From assembly GCF_001194135.2 (NCBI RefSeq), contig NC_068984.1, forward strand, positions 70,809,563 through 70,873,562: 64,000 nucleotides of DNA, written 5' to 3'. The stretch's first letter is position 1, and each line of letters starts with the position of its first letter. The notes beneath the pieces were generated by a model. It had not been told where the DNA came from. It did no database searches and worked only from the letters and a program-made list of their open reading frames with translations. The stretch comes from Octopus bimaculoides (taxonomy: Eukaryota). The position numbers were made by a program, and so were the translations under genes. Below, one piece after another: positions 26,311 to 40,498 of the stretch.

Positions 26311-26832
26311 TGATTCGGTCACCAATGATTTTTATTAGGGAAAATTAAACTTGAAGGAAAATTAACACACAAGATAGAATGATTGATTCTTTACTTTGTT
26401 AGTTTTGAAACGAAAATAGTTTTTAAAAAAATCATGATTAAAAAAGATTTAAATTATAAAGATAGTGAGGGAACAGATACATTTCAAAGAGGAAATTCAG
26501 AAAGAATTGGTTGAAAAAATAATTAGTACCCTGAAGGTGATTTCAACTAATAGGTTAATTGCTTTGAATTAATTCCATCAATGGATGTTAAGGAGATATT
26601 TCATGGATATTAAATTATTGAAGCCTTTGGCTATTAAATCACATTTATCTATTTTAAAAGAAACACTAGCAATTTGATCACATTTTATTCATCTTCCTTT
26701 TTTTCCCCCTCCCATTTTCCATTTATTGAAATTTGTCTTTAGAAAGAGAAGCAAATTGCCAAAAAAAATGCAATCACACAGAATCATAACATGAAACTTG
26801 AGTCATTGGGGACTTTCTCCTCATTCTCTTTG

Positions 26833-26886
26833 TGATGATGATGATGGTTATTGTGGTGCTGCTGCTGGTGGTGGTGGTGGATTTGT

Positions 26887-26968
<82 letters not shown>

Positions 26969-26987
26969 GGTGGTGGTGATAATGATG
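26833..26987. repeat. (GAT)n/(GGT)n microsatellite
   Basis: Direct reading; it explains the poly-D/G ORF 26798..27025. Confidence 1.
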
Positions 26988-27732
26988 GCTTAATTTGTTT
27001 TAAGCACGTGAAACCAAACATTTAAAAAATAAGGGTAAGGTAGGCACAAGCAGGCATTAATATCAGAAAGGCATGTAAAGAAAAACATATGAAACCAATA
27101 AAGAAAAACTAAAAAACACATAAAAAAAATATTAAAAAATATAGCATTTAATAATGATAGCAATATGGCATAGTTAATGTGAAGTGTCTAGAATAACTAT
27201 CATATTACAGTTGTAAAATTAAACCAAACTCATTTTCTTCAGTTTATTCTATAGGAAGAAATTGAATATTCTGAAATATGTTTTTTACTTCAAAAATGAT
27301 TTATACATTATTTCGTAAAATTCAAAAATTGATAAATTAATAAATTAATGTTTAAGTGTATCTGAAGTTTCCAGGTAGATGATAAAAATATTGTATTATT
27401 TTCTCATTATGTTCTGTGAGAAATTTCGGATTTTGTCTCTGAGTAAGGCTTGTATTGCATAAAGCATTAGTTTTAAAAGTTTTCATATCACAGGTATCAG
27501 CCACACAAGCAAACATATCTCAATTTGGTTTAGTGGTGGTGTTCCAAGTTTCTGGGCTCTAAGTTCACATCCTTCTGACAGCAGTTGTCTTTCGTCTTCT
27601 TGGATAAAAATGGTTTTTGGAAAAAACTACTTGTAAAATGTATTGAATTAAAAGTATTAGTCAAAAGTAAGTGGATTGGTAGAACATCAAAATGTTGGAC
27701 CAGATGCTTTGCGGTTTTTATTTTTTGACTAT

Positions 27733-28403
27733 TTTACTTGTTTCAGTTTTTGAACTGTGGCAATGCTGGGGCAACACCTTGAAAAGTTTAGTTGAACAAA
27801 TCGACCACAGTTAATTTTTAAACTTGGTACTTTTTCTATTTGCCTATATTTGCTGAACTGCTAAGTTATGGGACATAAAGAAACCAACATCAGCTGCCAA
27901 GGAGAGGAGGGAGACTTTCTCTATTCCCGAGAGTTAAACTAATACATCCTTTTATTGTTTACACCACCTGTCCTCGTCTGTTGTTGTTTTTTCGTAAATT
28001 CTCCAATATATATATATATCATCACCAGCAACATTTAGCGTCTGTCGTTCAAGCTGGTATGGGTTGAACAGTTTGACCAGGGCTGGCAAGCTTGAAGGCT
28101 GCACCAAACCCCAGTCTGATTTGACATGGTTTCTACAGCTGGATGCCCTTGAAAGAGAGAGAGAAGAGGGAAGAGAGAGAACCATATACACACATATAAA
28201 TAAATATATATATTCGTCATGACAGATTGCTAGCCACTACACATTCTTTTTATCTCTCTTTGTTTCGTTCTGTGTCCCTTTCGGTGGAAGAGCGTAGGCT
28301 CGAAATGTTAAAGACCTTTTCATTTCCTGAGCGTTATACTAATACATCTGTTTGTTGTCTACACCACTTATTTTTGTCTTTTGTTTTTTTTTGTGAATTC
28401 TCC

Positions 28404-28453
<50 letters not shown>

Positions 28454-28680
28454 ATTATATATATGTATGTATATACACATATAATATGTAAATATATATG
28501 CATATGCATACAAAGAGAGAGAGAGAGAAATAAACGATGTGCTTATTTCAGTTTCCTTTTACCAAATCCTTTCACAAAGCTTCTGTTGACCCAAGGCTAA
28601 ATTCCAAGGTCCCATGCAGTCGGACTGATCCTGGAACCATGTGGCTGGGAAGCAAACTTTTTACCATTGAACCATGCCCC
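27733..28680 (-). mobile_element. SINE family B split by nested insertions (3' half 27733-27905, 5' half 28530-28680)
   Basis: Both halves match rc family B; the interval holds two P1 fragments, an RTE-type tail and (TA)n. Confidence 0.75.
28212..28406 (+). mobile_element. Penelope-like end module P1 with decayed hammerhead motif
   Basis: GAAGAGCGTAGGCTCGAAATGTTAAAGAC, homologous to 53850-53877; its 3' part also occurs at 27912-28010. Confidence 0.7.
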
Positions 28681-30699
28681 TCCATATTTGTTCCAGCTCT
28701 TTGTATTATGAGTTGAAATCCTATGTTATATGGTAGACTTAACCCACTGTCAAGTTTAACAAAACTACCTGTATACATTGATTGCTTTTAGCAAAGTTTA
28801 TTTCACTACAATCATTCCAGTTTTGAGGATAACATCTTCCTTTTCTTCCACCAGCCTCATGGACCTTGTACCCATCATTTTTGAAAACATTAAAGCTATC
28901 TGAAGGTTTTGGCTGATATCTCTAACAGATTGATCATCTCAGTAGAGCTTGTACGTTGGCTAAAAGTGTTTCCAGATGTTTAAAGTCTTTTATGATGAGC
29001 TGATAATAATTTTATACCTACAATACCTTGATTAACAAGCTAATAAGCAAGTATCTATGCAGTTGGTGGACTTGTTAGAAATTTCCTTTATATTACATTC
29101 CATAATTGAAATTATACATTTTCTTACATTCCATAATTAAAACAAATTTACTGTATATTATATCAAAAGTACTAGGTAAAGAGGTGAGATTCTCTGGAAT
29201 GTAATGTTATTGAGCATGAATCTGTTGAATTAAGGTTAACCTAAGACTAAACAATACAATAACGAGGTAATCATTAAAAAAAAGAAGAAATAGAAAAGAC
29301 TCATCAGGGTCACTTAGCTTTCTTGAAAGACCAACCAAATATCCTTCAAGGCATATCTTACCATGATAGTAATCAACAATGTCGTTCTGAATATATAATG
29401 ACTGAATTAAAGTTGTGCTGAACAAACACACTTGGAATACTTTTGAACAGTGCTGAGTTATGGTTAAACAATAAGGCACTACAATAACAACATTAACAAG
29501 ACACAACTACAACCCCAATCAACAACAAGATGCTACCATAATAACATCAGGTAACCAGTAGCATGAAACAACAAGACTGATTCTGTTAGGATGTTTAACT
29601 GCTAGAAATAATAGTTATATCCCCATAAAATCACATCATGCCATCTTAACAGGGAGGAGAATATAATAGACAATGCAATTTTAAATAGAGTATGCCTGAA
29701 AAAATGTGAAATAGATAAAGCTAGAAGAATCTTTAATCATACCTTCTCAATCATGGCTGGCTTAGAACTAAACAATAAAAAATACAAGAGAAAATAAACT
29801 TAATAAATATGAAAAAAAGTCATCTTATTTTCTGCACATGGTAATAATCTTAACTCTTTGTAGACATGCTTCTATTGAAATTTATGGCATAAATGTTTTG
29901 ATTAATTTCAAAAATAATTAACAATTTCAAGGGGTTTAGTAAAATATGAAAATGTTCATTATGAAACCAAAGTTTGGAACATGATTTAACAAAAGATTCT
30001 TACATAAATTTATGACAGAAGGCTTGAATTTAAATTTGAATACTTTTAAGGCAAGATGTTTTATACAATAGAACTGGAAGTGGAATTAGGAAGGTTGGTA
30101 TCAAAAGAGTTATTAAATATTGATTCGCTATGAGATTTAAAATTGAAATATCATCCTGACATCATATTGAGACAATGGTTAATATATAATGTTAAATTAA
30201 ACTGGACACAAAGATAAAGAGAAAATTTGATGCTATACAGTTCAGTATCTGAAAAATTCAATCAATTATATAACAGATGTTTAAACACATACAAGCATAT
30301 TTTCACAAAACATATTCACTCATTTGATTAATAAGGTGCTTTTAAGAAAAAAAAAATATTTAAAATTTAAACAAAATTAATAATACTAGCTTCTAAAACA
30401 GTATTTTCCTATAGGAAAAGCAATGAATAAAGTTTTGTTTGATAATAAACATAATAACTATTTAACACATAAAAATGTTGATAGGTATAAAAAAGAAATA
30501 AAACCAGTCAATTTCCTAAGAGGTTAGTAGCAATAATAATATTCATTCCTATTTTAGAAACGTCTGGATAACCAAATATATAAACTGATAACAAAAGACT
30601 TATAAATTACTGTTTATTTACTATTATATTTGTTGGCATAGCACATCAGATTTTATTTTGGCTACACACACACACACACATATAAATTCTTTTACACTT

Positions 30700-31098
30700 T
30701 TGCTTGTTTCAGTCATTTGACTGTGGGCATGCTGAAGTGCCACCTTAAAGGGTTTTAGTCGAAGAAATTAACCTCAGGGCTTATTCTTTGTAAGCCTAGT
30801 ACTTATTCTATTGGTCTCATTTTTTCGAACTGCTAAGTCACGGGGACATAAAAACACCAATATTGGTTGTCAAACAATGGTGGTGGGACAAACACAGGCA
30901 CAAAGACACATGCACACAAATACATGCATATATATATACGACGGGCTTCTTTCAGTTTCTGTCTATCAAATCCACTCACAAGGCTTTGTTCAACCCAAGG
31001 CTATAGTAAGAGTCATTTGTCCAAGATGTCATGCAGTGGGACTGAACCCAGAACCATGTAGTTGGGAAGCAACCTTCTTACCATACACCCACGCCTGT
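30700..31098 (-). mobile_element. SINE family B, full length
   Basis: Reverse complement of 10658-11122 and 49120-49500. Confidence 0.9.
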
Positions 31099-31559
31099 GT
31101 ATGTATATGTATATATATATGTATGTATTACAACCTCTCTCTGTGTGTGGACTGTCTCTGCACAGGGGCCATCCAGACTTGCCTTCACTGTGAACAGGGA
31201 TTAATCTTCTCCCTTCATTCCTTTGTGCTTTATGGGCTCAACTCACAACCTTTCTTCATTTAGCACCCCATACAGATTCCCAAACACCTCCCACATTCAA
31301 CTCCCCCTCCCTTCTGCCTACACACCTGCATACCACCTACCTCAGTACCCTCACCAGACACATTACATCCAAGTTCAATTACAGGACTTAGAAAAACCAA
31401 AAGATTGCTGCAATAAATGTGTGAATATGTTCAATAAAATCATAATTAACTGATCCTCCTGTATTTTCTTTTACACAAAGCCAGGAATTTTTCAGCACCC
31501 CTTCATACATCTTTGGCAGGTTTAGCTATAGTAGTCAAGCCAACCAATAATATAAGAAT

Positions 31560-33290
31560 GAAATTAGTTAAAGGAAACAGTGTGGAAAGGAGTCATACAT
31601 ACATAGATTTACATACCAAATTTGCTTGCAATAGCACAGACGAATCTTGAAGCTAAGAATGCAACCACCATGTTGGTTGAAAACTATGAGCTTACTGCTT
31701 GCCTAAGCGTTATGTACAAGCATTACGCAAACTATCTCAACCAATTCCAATTGGATAGTTTTACATTCAACAACATAGGGACTGGTGAACTGGCAGGTGA
31801 AAAGAAGAGTGTGTCAAATAGCTTTTAGACAAACAGAGCCGTGCATCTTGAGATAAGAAAGTACCACAGAAACCCTGAAACAATATGACTAATTTATAGG
31901 GAAACGTTTTACTCTTTACCTGATTCAAAACTGCTGAAGTCTCTGTTCTTGGCAAAAGTTTCTGCTGGTCTTATTCAATGCTGTTCAAAGGCTCACAAAG
32001 ACTTGGGCAACAATCCTCACATTTACAACTGAGTGTTGAACCAATGCCTCTGGTGTCATACATATTTCAAATGGAATATTCTAAGGAGAACTTCTGGTAA
32101 TTCTGACATTGAATCCATGTTTTTTCTTTTACAAAAATTCCCTGGTTACATGCTAGAATTTACTACAGCTACTAATAATGTAACTCACAATATCTTTTTG
32201 GAAGACCTTGTCTTAAAGATGTTTACAATGCAAAATAGAAAAAAAAAAGTGAGCTGGAGTTAATAGCACTTAAGGATGATATCAGAATTGGATTTGACCA
32301 AAATATGTCTTGTGTATTTGCTCATTGAACATGGGAAAACCAGTGTCCCAAACCTAGATTCTGTATTAATGATAGCTCTATCTTTCATGTCCCACACAAA
32401 GAATGCTATGAATACCTTGGCATTAATAGAAATATAGGCTATGAAGGTGCTATAAACAATGACTGAGTGAGCTGAGAATATCACACCAGACTCAGAAATA
32501 TATGCAGTTGGAACTCCTCACTTAGAACCAGACAGTATCCAACAATGCATTTGTAGTATTAGTTCTGATACCATCATTACAGATACTTGACTGGTCTGGA
32601 AAGGAAATCCATGCCATAGACTTTGAAGCTTATAAGATCCTGACATCAACTGAAAATTAAGATAGAAACAGTGATATCAACAATCTCTACCAAAATAAAT
32701 AAAAAGATATAAGGGGGATAGGGGCTTGAGATCTTTGAATATGGTATAGCAGTTTACAGACAGAACATGCTGAAAAACAGTAGCAAAATAAATACATAAA
32801 CCTTGGGCTGAAAAATGAAGAGAAAATCATCCTATTTGCTGGCACTGAGCTCCTCAGGAAATAATTATTTCCTTGATGATCTCCAATACAACCCCAAAAC
32901 AAATGGTCTAACATGCCTCAAAGAAATCCAGGATGTGAAATGTTCTATATACCTTAAAAAGACTGTGTATGAGTATATTTTCTGAAGGCTCGAACATGAC
33001 AGTAATGTTGACATGAACTGCAGTCTGTCTTGGCTTCATGACTGTTACATCACATCAGACTTTACAGATTATGCATTTGCAATCCATGAAAATGAGATTG
33101 CTATCACATACCTAATGAATAAAAAGCCCAGTAAAACCCTTGGAGGCTCAAGATGTAACTGAAAATGTAGACTGTCATATTTCTGTGGAAGGCATCACAT
33201 ACGTAATCTGAAGCTCCCTGAAAGTGCCGTCAAGTACTATCACCCAATGTGATATGACATTATCACCAGAGCACTATATATCTAAAGAGA
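31560..33290 (+). mobile_element. Old R4/Dong-like non-LTR retrotransposon remnant
   Basis: Fragments NYELTACLSVMYK (cf. NYRPITCLPT.YK), THNIFLEDL (YxDD region), YEYLGI, SDINNLY...GG.GL, AIHENEI; many stops and frameshifts. Confidence 0.7.
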
Positions 33291-34063
33291 AAAAAGGAAC
33301 TGTTCTATGCATGCGTGTGTGCATATACATATGTACATGCATACATACATACATACATATATATATATACATACATACATACAAACATGAATGCACACTT
33401 ACATACATATATGCATACAAACATACATACACACATGTATCAGCAAATTTGCAAAAAAAAAATAATAACAAAAAATACTCAGTTTTACAGAAAAAGAGCA
33501 AAAGAACCTGATGCAGGTTCTCTAAATCCAATCTCTATTGGCACAGTGAAGAGTTGTAAGACATTCCAAAAATTCTCTATCTGAGATTCTTATGTGAATA
33601 GATGCTCACGCTTAGGTGTATGCATCAACAGTTCAACCAACACACCAACTGAACCACCTATTTACAAAACACCAAGAATTCTCTTAACTTAAAAAAAAGT
33701 CTTGTTAGTTTGTTAACAAGCAGCTTGAATTCTCCCCATGAAAACTAAGAATCATACATATAGAAATGTGTTCCCTGAGAAGGATGATGTGAAACAAGTG
33801 ATGAGCTGGTTAAATGAAAAGGGCAGAGTGAAACAAAAAATAATATATAAACATGGGTGATAAATAAAAACAAATACTGTGCTTCAAAAACAAAGACAGG
33901 AAATCCAGTAAGAATTGTACATTATCAAACATATCAAATTGGACAATGTACAGTGTGAACAAATTATTATATATACAGAAAGAGATTACAATATAAACCA
34001 AAATTATGATTCTTTAACAAGATTGCATATGTGATTCTTAACACTTGCCAATATGACCACAAT

Positions 34064-34277
34064 GTAAGGCGATGAGTTGGCAGTATTGTTAGCATGTCAG
34101 GCAAAATGTTTAGTAGCATTTCATCTGTCTTTACATTCTGGGTTCAAATTCCATTGAGGTTGACTTTGCCTTTCATCTTTATGGGGGTCGATAAAATAAG
34201 TACCCGTTGAGTACTGGGATCAATGTAATTGATTTACTCCTCCCAAGAATTGCTGGCCTTGTGCCAAAATTTTGAAT
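34064..34277 (+). mobile_element. SINE family A, full length, perfect 15-bp TSD
   Basis: CAATATGACCACAAT at 34049-34063 and 34278-34292; B-box-like GGTTCAAATTC. Confidence 0.95.
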
Positions 34278-34599
34278 CAATATGACCACAATTTTTAGCA
34301 GTATTCAGTAATTATAGCTTGAGCAAGAAATGGACAAAACACAAACAAGAAATGTAAGCAATCTTTTAACTCAAGAAAGAAGACATGTAAATAACATTTA
34401 AAAGTAATGATTGAGAAAGCAACATAGAAATGCCCTTCAGCTGGTGGAATAAAATGTAACAGAGGCAAGAAAATCTATCCAGATAGCAGGACGGTGGAAA
34501 TGTGGAAAACTGGAATTATAAGCATGTGTATGTGTGTGTGTGTGTGTGTGTGTGTATATACATATATATAAACAATATATGAGTATATGCATATATATG

Positions 34600-34857
34600 T
34601 ACATGTATGTATATACATTCATCTACATGTACATATAGATACATAACTGGGTACATGATGTGGCAAAAGAACAAGGACAAGATGATAAAGAAGGTGCAAC
34701 AAACAAGCAGCCCACATAGAAACATCCCCTTCATCAGCTGCCACCATTAAAACTCCGGCGTTTTGAAGAATTAAGGCAGTACGCATCGTTATATATATAN
34801 NNNNNNNNNNNNNNNNNNNNNNNNNNNNNNNNNNNNNNNNNNNNNNNNNNNNNNNNN

Positions 34858-34903
<46 letters not shown>

Positions 34904-35280
34904 AGGCGCTGTGTAAAAATTCTGTAGCAGTGACAGGAAAACTGAAAAGAAGAGTGTTACAGTGGGGGTGAGAGAAACAGAGAAACAGAGAGCGGGGGAA
35001 TAGGGAGTTGTTGATAGCAGTAAAACAAGCAAATATTGTGCAAAACAAGGGAGACTACATGCATTAAAAACATAATAAATGGAGATAGTGTGAACTGGGG
35101 TAGAAATGATGGAATGAGACATTGGATAGCAAAATAAACTGGATAGGACATAAACAAATATAATGTATGAATATGGGTGGAGAAATAAAAATGAGAAATG
35201 TCATTTGACAGGTGTTTACATGGAAAGACATGAAAACAACAAATGGATATTATGGAATGAAAGAGAACAATGTACAATGT
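34600..35280 (-). mobile_element. Penelope-like end fragment P3, interrupted by a gap
   Basis: CCTTCATCAGCT...GGCGTTTTGAAGA...ACGCATCGTTA shared with 58748-58810; purine-rich continuation like 58820-59340. Confidence 0.55.
34800..34857. other. Assembly gap
   Basis: N run between (TA)n tracts. Confidence 1.
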
Positions 35281-35424
35281 TCTGTGTAAACAGAAAACAC
35301 TTTGTGTGTGTATGTGTGTGTGTGTGTGTGTGTTAATGCAACTTGAAAATAAGGAGTATGTTGAAATACCTTAACTTATCCTTACGATACATAGAGATTG
35401 CTAAAATAAGTATTTGGGGTTGAG

Positions 35425-35600
35425 GTAGTCAGGCATGGTCATGTGGTTAAGAATCACTGTGTGGTTTTGGGCTTGGTTCCACTGATGCAACTTGTACGTC
35501 TTCTTCTGTAGCTCTGGGCCAACCAATGCTTTCTGATACAATTTGGTAGATGGAAACTCCAGGAAGCCTGATGAATGTGTGTATGTGTGTATGTGTGTGT
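35425..35600 (+). mobile_element. SINE family B 5' part, degenerate
   Basis: GGTCATGTGGTTAAG...GGTTCCACTG...TTTGGTAGATGGAAACT. Confidence 0.6.
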
Positions 35601-35887
35601 TGATATTTCACATTGGTCACTACCTGAGCAAAGAGGAGATGATGTAGATGTTCCTCATTGATATCATGACTAATCACCATGTTTTCACAGAATGAAAAGA
35701 TCTCTTACTATGAAACCAATATTTGTTGGCAATGAGAGGAGCATCCAGCTGTAAAATCCTACATCAAATAAATAACCTTCATGCTCAATCTATGCTTGCA
35801 TGAATAAAAGCAAGCTTAAATGTATGAGCAAATACATACATTGATTTGTCATATTTCAAGTACATATTTAGTGTGTGCCATTTGCAT

Positions 35888-36178
35888 TTAACCTTTTAGC
35901 TGTCAAATGTAGCACTTATTTATTTACTCTGTCAATGTAATGCTTATTTACACTGTTTTGAATTAATCATGCATTATCTCTGTCAAATGTAATGCGTATT
36001 TATTCACATTGTTTTGAATTAATCATGTATTATTTTGTGGCTTCAAGATATTGATGATATGATTGTTTCTAGTATGACATTGTAGTGCAAGTGTGAGATG
36101 TTTGACTTAGCCACTTTGATGATAAAAGAGGCAGAATATTTTGGTCAGATATGGCCAGTTTAAATGCTAAAAGGTTAA
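35888..36178. mobile_element. TTAA-flanked MITE, second copy with internal tandem duplications
   Basis: TTAA-CCTTTTAGC ... GCTAAAAGG-TTAA; body matches 7115-7341. Confidence 0.85.
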
Positions 36179-37662
36179 TGAACCCATTAGATTAGGAAGC
36201 TGGAGAACAGCCCTTAACCCTGATTTATGCAGAAGATCTATGTCACCGTTTTACTAGCTGTCATATTCTTGGTGTAAACACTGGTTTCTGAAAGCTCTTC
36301 AACACATTATTATTATAACTGTTAACCATGTAGATGTTAAAGTTGAAATCATTTCATTTCAGTTTTACTAAAACATTCAGCCTAGCTGATAGACCTTGCA
36401 AATAAGTTATCTGCTAAACTTGGCTACAGTGTTTCAAACATCTATACATATCCATTTGAAGTAGTATGAATGAAAGAAAAATAAAATTTCATTTGACAAA
36501 AATAAAATTTTTAAAAAATTTAAAAAATCATTGATTTAGAGCAACTTCAAAATACTATTACTATCATTATTTTTACTATGTAATATTGAGCATGAAAAAT
36601 GTTTGCAAGAGAATATCAATTAATCTGATTGCGGTGGCTAGTAGGTAAGTGTTAGGTGTGAGAAAGTGTACATGAGTATAAACATACAAATATGTAAGTA
36701 TGCATGTATGTACAGAGAAATATATATGTATAATATAATATGTATGCATGTATAATGTGTATATATATGTATATATATAAACACACGTATAATAGATATA
36801 AAATAAATATATATTTATATGTCTGTATATACACTCATACCTGCACACATACACATACATATGTACATACATGTGTGTATATGAGGTGGGTCTACAGACA
36901 TATATATACTTTGTAAATTAAAACCAGGATTAATGAGTCTGCTAGTGTTTTCAATTCAATAGTGGAAAGACTTCAATATATTTACCATTCTTTGTACTGC
37001 AGAAGTATTAACACTTGTCTCTTGGCATCTTGTAAAGTACTTTTATAAAATATTGTAATCCGTAATTAAAGTCTTAGTTTCAATATGTAAATATTAAAAA
37101 ATCATTAAATAAAAAATAAGTACGTAATATTTTAACAAGGAGTTTTATTTTAGATTTTAATTACAAAACTGCTCGAAACTGAAAATAAATGGAAAATATA
37201 AGTGTTCTACTAATAAATTCTTCAAATATCTAAACAATAATAAGTAAAACTAACAAAAGGGTTATGATATTACATAAAATTTCACTTCATTATTTTTAAA
37301 TAATATTTTTTGTCTATTTACTTTCAGGTTACAAATATATTTAAACTGTGTCATTTGAATATGCACATGGTGCTCAATTCCTATTGAATTGTGTTTTGAT
37401 CAGTTGCGTTATTATCATTATCATCATCATCATTATTATTATTATTATTATTATTACTATTATTATTATTGTTTTTTTTCTTCTTCCTTCAAATTTGTTT
37501 TCCGTTTCTCGCTAAGTGTTTTCCGTACACCTAGGGCAGAGAAGCTCATTGTATGCATTCCCAGTTTACACACGCAAATTCACAGGTAAAATATGTACTA
37601 TTATTATTATCATCATCATCATCATCATCATCATCATTATTATTATTATTATTATTATTATT

Positions 37663-37788
37663 GCCTCCAAGGTTGATTTTGCCTTTGAGTCTTTTGGGGT
37701 CAATAAATTAAGTAACAGTTAAGTACTGAGGTCAAGTGTGATCGACTGTCCCCCTCCCCACAAAATCCTTGTGCCTATAGTAGAAAGG

Positions 37789-37841
<53 letters not shown>

Positions 37842-38070
37842 CATCGTTATTATTATTACTGAGGTAGTGAGCTGGCAGAATTGTTAGCCTGCTCGAGAAA
37901 ATGCTTGATGGCATTTCTTCTGGACTTATGTTCTGCGTTCAAATTCTGTCAGGGTCAACTCTGCTTTTCATCCTTTCTGAGTTAATGAAATAAGTACTAA
38001 TTGTACACTGGTGACAACATAATCGACTAGTCCCCCAAATTTCAGGCCCTGTATCTATTGTAGAGAAAAG
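37663..38070 (+). mobile_element. Two SINE family A copies separated by (ATT)n
   Basis: 5'-truncated copy at 37663-37790; full copy from GAGGTAGTGAGCTGGCAG (37860) into (AAT)n. Confidence 0.85.
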
Positions 38071-38149
38071 AATAATAATAACAATAATAATGATGATCAT
38101 GATGACCATAAGAATAATAATAATGATAATAATAATAATAATAATAATA

Positions 38150-38199
<50 letters not shown>

Positions 38200-38201
38200 T
38201 G

Positions 38202-40422
38202 AACAAAATGGGTGCTGACAAGGCTCATATGGACGCAAAGACCAACCCCACGGAACAAAAAGGGTGCCAACAAGGCTCATATAGATGCATAGACCAACTC
38301 TTAATCAATCATGTGACCCTTGAGAACTGTCACAACAAATGCAGAAATCTCAGTTCTGCATGGACGGATTATAAAAAGGCCTTTGAGACCATACTGCATT
38401 CATGGATCTTGAAAGAGCTGGATATCTTCAAAATTTCTTCTGTGATTTCAAGCTTCCTGAAGTACATGTCATTGTAGAATATGAACCTCTGACTATACCA
38501 CTCTAATGGAGTACTGACAACAAAAAATATTAACATCAACTGCGGCATTTTCCAAGGCGACTCACTTTCACTTTTAATTTTCTGCATAGCACTAATATCA
38601 CTTACAAGTGAACTTAACAGAACAGGGTATGGATATAAAATTGGCAACTAGAAAATAAGACATCTATTTTATATGGATGACTTAAAACTCTATGGCAAAG
38701 AGAATAGTGAGCTTGTAGGACTACTATATACTGTGAAAGCATTCAGTGATGACACTGGGATGGAATTTGGTCTTGATAAGTGTGCCAAGGCCACTTTCCA
38801 GAAAGGGAAACTGAATACCTCACATCCAGTGGAGTTGGATGTTGATACAATCATAAAAGAACTCGAGCAGGAACAAATTTACAAATACCTCGGAATAAAT
38901 AAGGGCATTCAACATGCAAGTATGAAAGAGAAAATCAGGAAGGAGTGTTACAGGAAAGTTCGAGCAGTCCTAAAATCTGAGTTAAATGCACGTAATAATG
39001 TGTTAGCTTTAAATTTCTTAGCAGTTCCAGTTGTTATTTACAGTTTCAATGTGTTGAATTGGAATATGAACAAAATAAGGAAGATTGAGAGGAAAATCCG
39101 TAAGCTGCTGACTTGCAATACGATGCACCACCCAAAGGAAGCTGCAGATTGTCTTTACCTACCCAGGAGGTTGAGGCTTGATCCAATTTGAAATCTCCTA
39201 CAAAAACCATCTCAAATAAACTGGCAAAATATCCAGAAATATCTAATGACTGGATGCTAAAACTGGTTGCAAACAAGGAAAGACATAAGAAGTTTCATTC
39301 TGTTATTATCCTTCATAAAATTTTCAAGTGAGTCTATGCATAATACCCAAGTTGAACAGCATGAGGGAAGTGCAGCAACTGTAGCTGCAAAGAAGGTGAA
39401 ATCAAGGGCAAAGGAAAATGCACATAAACAATTGGCTGATAGGTGGGAACAAAAACCTCTGCATGGCAAATATGTGGCCTGTAGTTGATGTAGACCAGAA
39501 GCATACCCATCAGTGGCTATGGAGCTCAGGGCTAAAGGCAGAGAGTGAAGGCTTTATCTTGGCTGTCCAAAATCAGAGCTTACTGACCTGGAACTATCAA
39601 GCCAACGTGAGGAAAAATGGTGTTGACCCAAAGTGCTGATGCTGCAATGATGGGGTAGAATCAGTCGACCACCTAATCTCTGGATGTAAGGTTTTAGCAC
39701 CTATAGAGTACAAATCAAGACATGATAGAGTTGGCCAATATCTACATTGGATAATGTGTCAGCATTATAAAAACAAAACTGCTTACATATGGTGCAAGCA
39801 CCAATCTGAGGCTGTAACTGGGGGAGAAAATGTAACAATTCTTTGGGTCTTCCCAGTATGTACAGACCGGACCATCAAAGCAAATGAAACAGATATTGTT
39901 GTGAAAGACAAATGCAATAAAGTCTGTTTATTGATTGACATGAGCAAACCTTATGACCATAAAATCTCAGCAAAAGAATTTGATGAGTTCAGTAAATATA
40001 AAGATTTGCTAATCGAAATCAAAACGGCGTTCCATCTCAAGATAGTTACAATATCAATGATTGTAGGAGCATTTGGAATGATCAAAAAGGAACTGAAAAT
40101 TATTTAAGAATCATGCCTGGCTTACCATCCATGCAGGAAGTACAAAAAGATTGTCTTAAGTGGTATGTCACATGTATTGAGAAGAGCACTGTCGATGTTA
40201 ATTTTCTTTCCTTTTCGTCCCTTATTTTATTTGTTTACTTAGCTGTTTTTTCTTTTTTTTCTTTTTATCTCTGTCATCTCCTTTTTCTCTATCACATGAC
40301 ATTGTAAATGAACAATCTGGTGTGTTTTAATGGCCTACCAATGTATACAGTACCTTTCTCTGCCCAGGTGTCAGGAAGACACTTGGCAAGAAATGGAAAC
40401 AGAACTGAAAGATGCTAATGAA

Positions 40423-40423
<1 letters not shown>
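38202..40423 (+). mobile_element. 5'-truncated R4/Dong-clade non-LTR retrotransposon (RT, CCHC knuckle, restriction-like endonuclease) inserted in (AAT)n
   Basis: EQKGC, DQLLIN, AWTDYKKAF, GIFQGDSLSLLIFC, YMDDLKLY, FGLDKCAK, YKYLG, C..C...ESVDHLISGC, ILW.FPV.TDRTIKAN..DIVV...LLIDMS; several stops and few frameshifts; (AAT)n on both sides. Confidence 0.95.
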
Positions 40424-40490
<67 letters not shown>

Positions 40491-40498
40491 TAATAATA

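Noticed and set aside
33491-33555. Plus-strand exon-like segment (KRAKEPDAGSLNPISIGTVKS)
   Set aside because: Mediocre acceptor, phases do not fit the E2-E3 chain, and there is no homology cue.
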